Positions 51,110 to 64,000 of a stretch of DNA of 64,000 nt are shown in pieces. Below the pieces are notes generated by a model that saw only the letters and a program-made list of their open reading frames with translations, was not told the origin of the DNA and searched no databases. Source of the DNA: Phoronis australis. Taxonomy: Eukaryota; Animalia; Phoronida. Within the stretch, counting starts at the first letter, position 1. Each line of letters opens with the position of its first letter. The stretch spans positions 885,633 through 949,632 of the forward strand of contig NMRA01000099.1 in NCBI GenBank assembly GCA_002633005.1, read 5' to 3'. The translations under genes were made by a program, and so were the position numbers.

Positions 51110-51715
51110 CAATGGACAAAACTTTGACGATGCGTACAAGACACGACCAACACTATTGGCTGAGAAGTGACTATTCACTAGTTTCACCTGATAGAAGTCA
51201 CGGATTCATTTCCGGCAAGTAAGTCGTCTACCCACTAACTTCATATGAAAATATCGGAGTCGCGAATCTGTTGTCTATGAACTAGGCTGTCACAGACTTT
51301 TGTTTGCATTATCCTTAAGCTCTAGGTGTTTGCAAGGCGTTCGGTAGGGAAACCATGTCCATTTCCTTAAGAAAAATACACCGTGCCGCGGAGGGCATGG
51401 CTGACAAAAATCTGCATTACCATGAAGTCACTAATGGATTCTAACAATAACGGTGATAATTCGCCGAGTTCCTAAAACTGTCTACGGACGAAACTGTGAG
51501 AATAGCGATGAATTATTGCGACGTCAACGTCCAGTTTTGGATTGCTTGATATTTGAGTGCTTGTTTTTTTAAAATGTTACCTAGTTACCTGGTTATCTTT
51601 TAAATGACGTCAGGCTTTTCTCTTAACATTTGTCTAAATCCCGGGATTCCCATTTAAATTCACGTCACCATGCCCTCCTCACTCGAGTGGACTTCATGTG
51701 TACATTGAGATCTAA

Positions 51716-51721
51716 TATAAA
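51716..51721 (+). promoter_or_regulatory. Candidate TATA box of GH1-B
   Basis: TATAAA about 65 nt upstream of the ATG at 51786; supported by position only. Confidence 0.4.
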
Positions 51722-51785
51722 CACGGTGTAACTATGCCTCTCTTGACTAGATCATCTACTTCGATCAAGCCGTGTGAGGAACGTA

Positions 51786-54700
51786 ATGAGGAAAGTTCTA
51801 TTACTCGTTGTTTTCATTGCCGCAGTGCAAGCTGATGTAAGCAATGACTTTTACTACGGAAAGTTCCCCGATGACTTTGTTTGGAGCAGTGCTACGTCGG
51901 CCTACCAGATCGAAGGTGCCTGGAACGAGGGAGGTATGCACGAGTCACCATAACAGTCTTTGAATAGTTTTGGAATAGTGAACATTTGTAATGAACTTGT
52001 AATTGTACGTAATCATGTTTCCTTTAGGCTAGACAATGTCTTTAAATTAGACCATCGCGTTTAGAAGTATTTACAATTTTGTAATTTATTGTAAACGACA
52101 AATGTGTAACATCTTTCAATAAATGGCTTTACAATGGCTTCCATCCTTGTGCGTATTCAGTCATGCAAACAACGGGAAATCATATAGGTCATTCAATATT
52201 TAGCAAATTTTGACAACATTTTTGAAACTGGTAGGTCATCTTTTTCGAAATCTAAAGTTATGTAAATATTCGTGAAAATAAATGTTTTCAGTTCTTAATT
52301 TAGACTTCAACATTAATAGTGAACGGGAAGATTCATATTGAAATATAACTAATTTGCATACTTAATATTCTAGCGTTTCGTTTTAATCGGAAAACGGGGG
52401 TCAGTGAAAGTAAGAGATATCAACATCAAAACCTTTTGCTTTGTTAAAGAGGCTAAAAATGATAATCGAATTGGGTCTTTTTGCTCTCATGAAATCGGTC
52501 TCGTAATATTCCGCACCCTGATAGGATTCTGTTTCTGTTACAAGCAAGCACAGTGAAACCGTCAGCGATTCGCGGAAACGCATCAGAAGTTATTAGATTA
52601 GATGGCTCTTGCCAATTTGAAAATGACATGCGCAAGCATTGCCTGTAACTTGAGTTGGCAACAGAAATAGGATCCTTTCACCATAAGTTATATTCTAGGC
52701 GCGGGAGAACCGACTGCTCGCTCTTGCTTGAGGTCATCATGCTAGGCGCGTAAGGTGACCCGCCGGGTTAATTCTAATTTCTGATCGTGGTCTTAGGCAG
52801 CAACGAACTGTCAATTTTCAAAATGGTACTTCTTCATTGCACAATAGAAAATATACATTATTATTTTATATGTATAAAACTAGAAACCTCAGACCAATTT
52901 ACCTGGTTTGGAACTAAGAATACAGTGTGGTGTAGGTGCAAGTTGCACAAAGAAAATAGTTGCTATCTGAGTTTTACAGTCAAAGTACTTAAGTGTATGC
53001 AGAAAGGCTATTTTTACAGTTAAAATCAAGTGCTGTTGGCCTGGCGTATATACTTATTTACATTACTAAAAAGGAGTTTGTTAACTGTTTTATGTTTATT
53101 AACATATTGTTACCATTACTCCGTGTTTGCGTGTAGACCGCGTAGGTAAGTTGGTGGTCTTAGAACGGTGCTCTGTGAAAAAGTTTTTTGCTGCTGATTG
53201 GTTTTAGCTGTCCGTTCTTTCCAAGCCCAAACACCTCTTCTAATATGCGCAAGGAACTATTTCTGGAAACAGGATCTAATCTCCGGACTCGGACTCGACT
53301 CAGACTCAAACTCGAAACTAACCAATCACGTCGCGTGATTCGAAGCGCCCCCAGCCAGTCAGTTTTGGAGACGAGTTTCAGTTCGCCTTCACCATCACGG
53401 CAGTTACATTGAGCAGCAGTTTACATCACGCGATTTCATTTTAGTTACACTTGAGAAGGATTTAGTTTTGTGAAATGATTTAAAGTCCGGTCATTTTTTA
53501 TTCCCACCAGGTAAAGGGCCGAGTATATGGGACACGTTTTCACATATCCCCAACAAAATTCGCAACAACGACACTGGAGACATCGCCTGCGACAGTTACC
53601 ATAAGTTCAAGGAAGATGTTCGGATGCTTAAGGACTTAAAGGTTACACGAGCTACATAATAATTACTGGGCCCTGATTGCTGTTGGTTTCTATCATGAAA
53701 AGGAATTAACGGAGATTCCATTCTAATTTTGGAAGGGTTAATTGGTCAACTTTGTCAAACCTGCTGGCTTTTTGACCACTGTGTACTTAAATATGTCCTG
53801 AATTATCTGTTCTGTCACCCCATTGGATATCATGGCATATTTGTGTGGTAAAGCACCCTGGGTCCCGTATTATCAAGATCGTCAGTGCGGTCTTAGTTAA
53901 GACGGTCGTTACTTCGATTTTAATTTCCACACGACTCTTGAACGTGGCTCATGAAGGCGATTATGAAGTCTGAATATGAAAATCTGTGAACTTAAGGTTG
54001 CTGGAACCAAATTTGGTTAACAGACGGATAAAATTCAAAATTAAACTGAATGTTTATGTCATACAACGAAACGAATAATGATCGGCGTCCAGAAAAAATC
54101 TGAAAAGAAGTCAATCAAATGCCAATGACCTCAACCTTATCTCCTCTTAGCGCATGGTTATTGGATAGTCGATTGAAAGGTTGAATCGGCTCCCACCTTG
54201 CGGGAAAATGTGGAGATGAAACCGAACTGCGAACTTGCCACGTTCGATTGGAAAGGCAAAGCGTAATGCTCTGCGGGAGAAGCTGGACATGCAAAAATAA
54301 ACAACGAACTTGCTTAGATTTCATCAAATGGTTAAGCTCACCAATTAAAAACGACGAATTAGTGATCGTTGAAGTCCTTCAGTTTGCGCCTCCTCCTTGG
54401 TGATCATTCTGGTGAATATTTGTCCACGTGACACTCTTTACGACGAATAATCTTCATCCGTGCTCTTAAAAAACAACACATGGTGTCTGATGCCTGAATT
54501 GCATAAAACGGGGGCCCTGGGCAGTGGTCGAGTAACCAGGAGGTATCGCCCTGAGCTGTGGGAAAACATTTCGTCAGTACTTTCACTTGGAAATCTACTT
54601 ATTTCTTCTTTGACTAAATAATGTATTTCTAATCCATTATTTAAAAAATATCGCGTTTTAAGTTGCACATTTTCTGTAAAAAACAAGTTTTATACGCATT

Positions 54701-57700
54701 AAATTGTCACTTACGTTGTGCGTTAGAGGGCACTGTAAACAACAGCATTAGCCAATCACAAACTGAGAAACCATTTAGCTTACCTGTGGTAGATACATAT
54801 TGTACATCTACCGCGGGTACCAGAGTAAGAAATCCTTGGCTTCCAGACAAAAAGTACAATTAAAAAGGTTTTGCTCACGTTGCTAAAGTCTGAACAGCTT
54901 AAAGTACAGGGCAGATATCTGACTCCAGGTTCGACATTTCTTATGTTTTCCGCAGAAATTCTAACCATTTTAGCACACAAAATAGGTAATTATCAGCATG
55001 TGCCCAATAAATTTTGGTTGTTAGATGTTAATTCTACATTAAATACCTACATGCGTGAGACACTGAGACAAGCGCTATTGAATGGAACTGCATTAGCCTT
55101 CATCAAACCACAGACAGATTTCTGTTTGTGTACGTTTACTCAAGCACAATTTGTAACTAAAACAACTTTTAAGCTACATATTTTGCCTTCAACAGTACCA
55201 ATTGTATGAGTGAATAAAAAATTACAAAAATCAGCTTTTCAATTGAATTTCATTATACCTCCTTGAACTATTGAAACATCAGAATATTGCAAATGACCAA
55301 AAAATGATCAATTTAGGGGTGTAAATTAAAATTCCGATAATCTGTTAGATACTGATCATTATCACATACACATGAAAATATGGCCATTGTATATGTGACG
55401 TATTCAACCGTGATATACGGGAAGTAGAGCCAATCCGTTTATCACGGTAGAAGCCGTATTCAACGGTAGAAGCCGTATTTCACGGTTGTTGTGCAGTCTG
55501 GTGGTGGAAGTTCGCAGGTACAACGCCAAATTTTATTGGGTTCAATCATTTGGGTTACTTAAATCATTAATTCAAGGCATCGTTCCTGAAAAAGCAGTTT
55601 TACTGCTCTATAAACAGAAAAGATTACCGATGAAAATTCCAGCGCACGGTGATCAGGCGGCTATTTTTGGGCCTAGCTGAAGTCAATCTGGGTCAAACTG
55701 AGTAAGGTCACCTAGCTAGTAAAATCTAACAAAATCTAATTCAAATCCAACAAAAACGTTTCGTTATGGATGCATACAGTATATCTACCCTGGGATCTAA
55801 GGTTTTTACAGGAAATCAAGACCTAACAACGATCAGTATGTGTTTTTACTGAAGCAATCGTCTGCAGTGTTCAAGTCTGAGTCGCCGGCCGTGGCGTAAA
55901 ACATTGCGAAAGTCCTAACCTCAAGTTCTGCAAATCGGTCTCGTTGAGACATTCTCCGATGAAATGAGTTCTCGATAGGATATGGCAGTAGTACACCTAT
56001 GTATGTGGGATAACCTATATATATTTAATTTCATATTATTTATCAATAATGCTGCACTGTATACTAAATTCATCGTCAAGTTATTATGTTGCTCAAAATG
56101 TGCAATTTTAAAAGCGCGAAGATCTAAAAAGTGCACCTATTAATGAGGTGAAAATACTCGCAAAATCTTCCTTATGAGCCTCCACAGCTCAGGACTCGCA
56201 AAGTAACTCAAAGTTTTTAGTTATTGTTGCAAACCATTTAACGAACTAGGGGTGCCCAAATCACTTGCCGAATGTTGTCTAAATACTTTCCAGGTTTCTC
56301 ACTATCGGTTTTCTATATCGTGGCCCAGGGTCATTCCAACAGGCAAAGTTGCTGACGGCATCAACCGTGTAGGGATCAACTACTACAAGGACCTCATACA
56401 AGCTTTGCTAGACGCCGGCGTCAAACCCATGGCCACGCTATATCATTGGGATCTGCCGCAAGGTCTTGAGGACGATGGCGGGTGGTTGAACGAAGCAACA
56501 AACGAACACTTCAACGATTACGCACGACTCATGTTTCAAGAACTCGGAGATATGGTGGGAAAATAATTATAATTATAATGGTTGTAATTTTTGTGACGAA
56601 ATAGTTGGAAGATGATTTTTCCTTCTTTGATGACAACAGTTCAACTGTTTCAGCAACGTTTTAAGGCAAGTTGATAGCACATACAGTTTACCACGTAATA
56701 TGCCTGACATGGCCAATACAACCGTTGATTAACACATTTTGTTAATCAACACCTATTGATTAACATTTTGGTAGGAACCCAAGGCCAAGCTCGAACACGC
56801 TTCACTGAAGTTTCGTACAACGAAGCTGCCGCACTGAGCTATTCTGCAGCTGAGATCATCTTACGAGAAAATTAAATACTTAAATGAGGACGCACAATAA
56901 TAGCATGATCAACAAACCGCATTGCACCGATATTTATTACGCTGTGAAAAATAAGACGTACAATTTGCCCTTAACGTCACTAGCTTCAAACTTTTCACCG
57001 TATCGTTCATTTTCTCTCACTTGTAAATCGTCAATTTCCAGTTTAAGTGTGGGTAACATGTCGGGAATGTTTGACTTGGGCTTTATACCAAGTAACCTTC
57101 ACGTTGGAAGCTTAGCATGATAGTAAACCTGTCTACATAATATGGTTAAATTCACTTCTGTTTTGTTTTGTTTAATTTTCAACTGGTTTTGAGTAAACTC
57201 GTTATTTTAAAAAGAATGACTTCGTGTTTCTCAAAAGGTCACAACCTCCGACCCCGGACCTCTGACATAGAAAGTAATTCCAAAGCCGAGGCGAGTCGTG
57301 AAAGGCAGATAGATCCATTGCAATGGTTATCGTTCTGCATGTAGTATAAATGGATTATTACATGTTCTCGGTCGTTATCCCCCTTATTTAGAGCCCTCGT
57401 GGATTTTGGAGATAATTCTCCACAATCCACTCGGGCTCTAGATTAAGGGAGATAACGACTGTGTCATGTCATAATCTATATTTATTGGACAATCACTTGC
57501 AACTTGACGATTGCACACGACTCATGTTTCAAGAACTTGGGAATGCGCTGACAGTTTGATAGCAATGTAATCAGAGTTCGAGCTTCAGCAAATAAATATG
57601 CTGGCCCGCCGGGCAAGGTACTTGAATATGAAACCATATCTACATAGGGCCTATATGTAAAAGTTTACTGACCCGGCAGCAAATCCACAGGGCACGGGCC

Positions 57701-60700
57701 ACTGGGCCAGCGTGTATTTCGAACGCTGAATGCAGTAATTAAGTTTGGCGTGAAGGGATATCGTTGGTGAATAATTTTTGGCCTATCCTCTAGGATGATA
57801 AAAATATCTTCTTTTTTGGTGAATCAAGTGTTTGTGTGGGAAGTTATGATTGACAAATGTAATACGTTTTGATCATTTTTATCTTCGGGAGTTTGCATTC
57901 TTTTTGCACTAAGAGAAACCTATCTTCGGAAACGAGACGGTGTTTTATTTTGTCCACTTAATGCCATTTCCCTTGCTAAGATATCAATTAATATGTAGTT
58001 AGTAAAACTTGTGAGACTTTCTACCTAGTTATTTTCATATCCGAGGTATGGCATTAGTTTTGCCTGAACTAATACCACCCCGGCCAACCCGCGATCGAGA
58101 ACGCCCGGAAGGCGATCGAGAACGAGAACTTGCACCAAAAATGGCTGACGACAGTGACGTACCCGGTGAGTTTAAGTGTCATTTTCTGCTTAAATAGAGG
58201 CCACTTTGGCACAAATGCTACACACAGAAAAGCGTCAGAGTGTAACCTTTGTTGTGGATTTGAAATAATTCTTGACTTTTGCTTATTTTTTTAAAATAAA
58301 GAGCTCGGTAAAATGCCTTGCAATTTCTACTTGTTATTAGCACTTCCAGGGTTCTAAAGAAGAGACGTGTGACGTTTATAGTTTAATCGTCCCTGGTGAG
58401 ACCTTTTTTTAGTTATGATTTGTGAAACAATTTGAGATATTTACCGATACAGGCAGGTCCTTGTTTTAGACGGCGATCGTGAACGCACATTTTTTTCCCT
58501 ACATTTTCTTGAATAGTCGTTCAAGTTACGGTATTATGTCAATAATTTTAGAATAATACGGAGCCTGAATTAGTTGATAGGTTGATTATTAATTACCTTT
58601 CATCGTTTTTTCATCATTTCTAAGTGAGATTTAGCCTAACAAACCTCACATGAATGCGTTTGATTTTTTCAGTTGAACTGTAGCCGCACTAAGAGTCCTT
58701 CAGGGTGAAACGTCACTGCTGCATGTCACAAATGAGTGTGTGTGTGTATGTTGCGGAGCCTCGTTCAGGAACTAAGAAATCGACTTAGTATGACCAGATG
58801 GCAATAAAACTCAGTGACAATACGACATGCAAGACCTTTACCAGCCCTGTGACTGACACGTTGCATGCGTCAATAGTTTTTTACCAATATAGTAAAACAC
58901 AACATAAAGCATCGTGCTCAGGAATCAAGTCGATTCAGTGTCCTATCTGGGATCAATGTTTCACGGAAAAAGTAAGCCTGATGCGAAACTGCGTCACAGC
59001 ACGAGGACATTCCTTTTTCTGGTGAATGTGGCATGCCGTGCAAACAGTATGCCTCCTTCTACAGACATAGCAAGCAGAAACGTCATCAATGAAATCAATA
59101 AGTCCAGTGCAGAAGGTTGTTAAGTCACTATAATTTATTCAGATTTACAGTCTTTGGTTGGTAGTTGTCTAATCTGATAGTATTTTGACCTTGTGTTTTG
59201 AACCATTTTTCCTCAAGTTTCTTTCTATATTTGTGTTATTTTAAAAGGACCAGAACCAGTACATTTTTGTAGTGTTTAAGAAGATTTAAATGGCCATACT
59301 AAGTGTCATTGGGCAATACTTACATATAATTGTTTTGACCAATGAGTATTTTAAATGAAAATATATGTCTATGATTATTGTAGAAATTGCTTTCATATTG
59401 TTGTTGATTTCCTGTGAGAGACTGTTATACTATCAATCAGTCCTAAATACATTGTCTATGATTCAGTGATGATTTAGTCTAATACATTCCAAAAGTAATT
59501 CGTTGGAAATGTTCAATGGATTTGTAATGTTGATTTCTCTAAAGCACTATTTTTTATATTTTTGTTAGACCGATTTTGAGGTATGTTTGATAAAAGATTG
59601 ATATGATAATAGAAATGCTGTAATATTGTTGTTGATTTCCTGTGTAAATCACTACAGTGTGTAGTTGAAGTGACGTTAATGACAACATGTTGACTACGTT
59701 TTGAGAAAATCGCATTATGGTACGTATGTTATAACTGTCCCAATCTTTTTCAATGCCACATTAAACTTGAGATCATGAACTGAAGATGCAGGTGAACTTA
59801 GGATCAAGACTACAAAACAGAAGACTCAAACACAACGTACATTCAAGCCACACGGGTGCCACAAGTCAATCTGTTCCTCTCTGCATCGATGTTATCAGTA
59901 AAACATTAAGTAAAATCACATCCGTTTTATCAGCACATCAGTTTACCCAACTTCCGGCCAATTTTTAGATCCCAGACGTTTATGAGTGGGAATCTTTGAA
60001 TCATCTCGTGATGGTGTTGCCTCACTACCCTCTCTCCCGAGCAAGCTCATCATCATTCTTTGAATTCACTGGCCATTTATTTTTTTTTCCTTTTGCTGTC
60101 ACAATTTTACAAGAAGATTCTACACTCATCTGCTGCAACAATTTGTTTATCCATGGCTGACAGGCCACATGGAACAACTCCTGGGTGAGTCTTCAGTTTA
60201 GATTTCCTTGTTTTCAGTGGTTTCGTCTAAAAGTAGATGTCTGTATTTCAAAACCCTGGTTGGGTGTACCTTCACGTCGTGAGTAACATGTTCGTTGAAG
60301 CTCGCCTCACAATAACAGTGAACTTATTTCCTGAAATGAAAATAAATTCGTTTGTGAAAAAAAAAATGCTTGATGTACATGTAGTGTTAATGGCAATTTA
60401 ATGGAAATATGTTATGCAGATGTTCAATTTTGATACGAAAGTAACACAGTAATGACGTAAAATGTGATTAATTCATTGCACCACACTTATTTTGTAACCC
60501 TTTTCACGTTTTTTAAGTAAAAAGTTAATTACTGTTCGACACACCACGATGCGTTCCCGATCGCATAAACGAAACACAAATTTGCGTTCTCGATCTTTCA
60601 ACAGAAAAGCGTTGAAAATCAAAGATCCTGATAAAACTACAAAAAACAAGCGTTGCGTTTTATTTTCACACGTCATTTCTTCATAACTCCACGGTCAATT

Positions 60701-62943
60701 TATTGATATAGTGTCAAAAATAACGGCAATTTGCCAAAATGACATACAACTCACCTTCGGCTCGTGCGTTGCCTCGGTCAACGTAACTTTTCTCCTATAA
60801 TTCGAAGAGACACTAGCCTAAACCTCAACCTGCCCTTCCTCAATGTGTTACGCCTTGAATTCATGTCTCTGTTTTCACAGTGGAAGTAAAAACAACGAAA
60901 ATTCATCAAATTTACTCACCTTGCCTGGCTTCGCTTCTCGCGCCAAATTTCGTTCTCGATCGCGGGTTGCCCGGGGTGAATACAGGTGGCAGAACTAAGG
61001 GAACTAGACACGCTTAGTTCAGCAGGACTGTCAGTTACTTTCCGTGTACAAACCCACCTTCCACAAAAATACTTGTCTAAGTTTTCTTTCAGTTTGCTTA
61101 TTGGGAAACAATCATAATTTATTTTCACATCACGCCAAACAACACAATTACAAAATAAAGTGGTTCGAAAGACTTGTCTCAGACTTTTTTAGCTTGAGAG
61201 CGTTATAGCATGATTGAGAGCAGGGTAGAGTTCAGCAGTTGTCTTGCGGTCAAACAATCTGACAAAATCACATGTTCTCATTTAAAATACACGGCAATAT
61301 ATCGCGAAGTCCTAGTGTAGCGAGGTCCTTGCGTTATTGAACACTACCCAGCTCGATAAACTGGCTTGTCGTGTCGGGTTATTTTGTCGTGCGTGGTGTC
61401 AGTCAAGCACTTAAAAACTGTCGGTTGTTGCAAAGCTAATATTTGTCATTCTTTATTTAAGAAAAGAACAAACTGAGCTCACTGTTAACGATAAGTTGTC
61501 TTTATTCAAATGTAAGTTTTTAGACGGCCGAAGATTCTGAGCTTGTATCAGCCTTAAACACAGAAAAATACACTAATCCTGAAAGTACTAGATTCAAATT
61601 TTGAAAAGATAAAAACTTCTATTTGAACGTCCGAATTAGTTATCCTTCGGTTGAAATTTTCGTCAAAAGCGTCGCTCCGTTCTCACGGTTTAATACTACC
61701 ACACTCCTTTCTCAGGGTTTGTTTGGAGTTATGACTCCATCCTTGCATTTTGAAGAATGGTGCAACGTATTTTTTCACTCAAAACTGCTATTCAGCGTCA
61801 TGCATAACCGCTTTGAGTGACCTGTATAGTGGAACAGCCTCATGACACTTCAACTGAAAGATGCCTAGAACCTAATTACAGAAATCGTCTTTACCCGCTA
61901 GGTTGGGCTATGGATCACGTTTAACGAACCTTGGATTGTTTCCTGGCTTGGCTATGGAGTGGCAGCATTCGCTCCTGGCAAATACGATCCTGGAACAAAT
62001 CCCTATACTGTGTCTCACAACTTGATCAAAGCACACGTTAAGGCTTGGCACACGTACAACGAGGAATTTAGATCTAAACAAAAAGGTATGTTGGCATTGA
62101 ACAACATTATTTAATATGAACTGTGTGATACTTCGAGTAAGTGCTTGTCAGCGAAAACCTCGAACATACGTCACTAATCCTACTTGTCTACTGATTTTAC
62201 TACATTGATCGATATTACTGAGTTTTGCGCTTTAGAAAAATTGATGATCATATCCATCAACAAAGAAGGGTTGCTTTTTGGCCATTCTACTGCAGTTATG
62301 AACCCGCCTTCCGTCGAAAGAAACCACTTTTGATTGATACCGTTTATCGGAAATGATATTTGTCTCAAATTGACCTGTAGTGAAAGTAGAAGGGATTTCT
62401 GGGTTTGGAAAAATTGACAGTTCTTCATTGCTTTGAAAGCAAGCTGTATAAGTTGACTTGTAACGGCATGTCGTATTTTATTCGCCCAGCATGGTCTCGA
62501 GCAATGAACAAACCGCCAATTCTTTTTAAGGCTAAAATTCACTTTTCATCTGAGTAAGGAAATACTTCAGACCAATTTCATAGCGGTAAGCGGTTTCAGT
62601 CAAAAGTGATTTTTTTCCAACGGAACGCGGGTTTTCGCATGATTTAACGAGAACTGGTATAAAGATACTCCAGTGCACTATGGTATTCATTTTGCAACAG
62701 GGCAAATCGGCATCACTCTTAATGGTGGCTGGTCGGAACCAAGGAACGCGAGCATTCCTGGAGACCTTGAGGCCTCAGAAAGAGCATTGCAGTTCGACAT
62801 TGGGTGGTTCGCGAATCCCATCTTTGTAAACGGAGATTACCCTGAAATAATGAAAACACGTGTCAACAGTAACAGCATGGCTCAGAATCTGACCAAGTCG
62901 AGACTTCCGGAATTTTCTGACGAAGAGAAGAGACGTAATAAAG
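51786..62943 (+). CDS. Second GH1 beta-glucosidase paralog (GH1-B), 5' partial: five exons visible, remainder beyond the window
   Basis: Exons 51786-51933, 53511-53641, 56294-56554, 61902-62085, 62701-62943, all GT-AG with the same phases as GH1-A. Signal peptide [16 protein letters not shown]; motifs [44 protein letters not shown] and GWFANPIF. I found no exon 6 before 64000. Confidence 0.93.
57346..57485. repeat. ~140-bp imperfect palindrome (foldback element)
   Basis: GTCGTTATC-CCCTT-TAGAGCCC-GTGGATT arms mirrored around ggagataattctcc. Confidence 0.8.
57503..57545 (+). pseudogene. Decayed copy of the 3' end of GH1-B exon 3
   Basis: gac gat tgc aca cga ctc atg ttt caa gaa ctt ggg versus exon aac gat tac gca cga ctc atg ttt caa gaa ctc gga (56513-56548). 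Confidence 0.7.
58076..60978. mobile_element. CAC-terminated DNA transposon (Transib/RAG-like or Chapaev-related), non-autonomous, with two convergent decayed genes
   Basis: 28-bp TIR CACCCCGG(C/G)CAACCCGCGATCGAGAACG with one mismatch, perfect 5-bp TSD aatac (58071-58075, 60979-60983) and inward-facing splice signals at both ends. The boundaries are solid; the superfamily is inferred. Confidence 0.8.
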
Positions 62944-64000
62944 GTGAAAAGCGAAACTTTTTTGCTCCTATTACAGAATTTTCTGTTATTTCCTGTGAGG
63001 GGACAGAAGCTGCTTCATCTTAAAGACACTGATTTATTTGGAAATGATTTAATTTCATCGCTGTACCCATCTTCACTGTTATCATTATTATTTGGTGACA
63101 AAACTCACACGTACTTCTCGAGATACAATCTCAACTCGAGATGAATGTAAGAAGATTAACTTCGCAAACTTCGCATCGAAAGTGAGCAGATAACCATTAA
63201 CATTTTATCATTTTATCACCAGTTGTAATTAAGACTGAAAGATAAGAACACGTCTTATCTACAAACGTTGTGCGTGTTGTCTCAGCCGTCACAGATTAGT
63301 CTAGCCAGTGTCACGTCGTTCTTCCGTCACTTGGATTTGGTGATAAATGTTCCTAGTTTTCATTGGATACGTGATGACTCATCACGTAACTAGAAACCGG
63401 GTGAATTTATCACCAAAAAATGCCACTTTCATTTCGGCTTAAGCAGACATTTTCCCATCAAAAGACTTGGTGTTCCTGAATTCACGTAAGGTAGACCTCA
63501 AACCTCTAATTATAAATAGGTCAATGTTTTGTTGTCTTGACTTCACCCAACAAAACTATTTTCAGTAGGTCGGACCAAATCACTGACTCTCATTGGTCAA
63601 TGCGATGGAATCACGATACAGAACTGTTCTTAGGTCAGTTTCCGATCATTAGACACATTTAGATTTTTATGATTACTTTTACTAAGAGTCGTTTGAAAGA
63701 AAATAGTGTTCGATCAAAATTGTGTTAGATTTCCAAGTATTTTTCTTCTAACTCAAACGCAACCTCGACGTTTGATTTACTTTAAAATGCAGGCGATCAG
63801 AATGAGTTCTATCGGTACGGCAGGTGAACACTGTTATCCAAATTGTATAATATGTACGTAGTTTTCTCGCCACAAAAATGGTGACAGAAATATTTATGGT
63901 CTGCATTGCTGGATCAAGCCTGGCTGCCGTACCACGCGCCTACACAGTGCATGGGCATGGCTACTCAGCAACTGGAGTGAAGGTCAATTCTTACCGAAAA

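Noticed and set aside
58141-59123. RAG2-like gene in the CAC element
   Set aside because: No kelch or PHD pattern visible; the remnant looks like C2H2 fingers instead.

Overview
Intron-rich, repeat-rich animal (invertebrate-like) draft genomic sequence with assembly gaps; no prokaryotic features. I assembled three spliced genes by hand from GT-AG boundaries and reading-frame phase. (1) A 9-exon FLVCR/SLC49-family MFS transporter (+, 18486-31886, about 478 aa). (2) A complete 8-exon single-domain GH1 beta-glycosidase with a signal peptide and GPI-like tail (-, 44980-32155, 526 aa), tail-to-tail with the transporter. (3) A head-to-head GH1 paralog (+, from 51786, 5 exons visible, running off the window). 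The rest is a mosaic of decayed transposons: hAT, THAP, piggyBac-like, Penelope-like, MULE, Academ-like, many MITEs and a possible LTR. The most interesting object is a 2.9-kb element in intron 3 of the second GH1 gene (58076-60978). It has CAC...GTG terminal inverted repeats, a perfect 5-bp target duplication and two convergent, spliced, decayed genes, one resembling the RAG1/Chapaev N-terminal zinc region plus a RING start and the other carrying C2H2 fingers. All family assignments come from motif recall and manual reading, not database searches.
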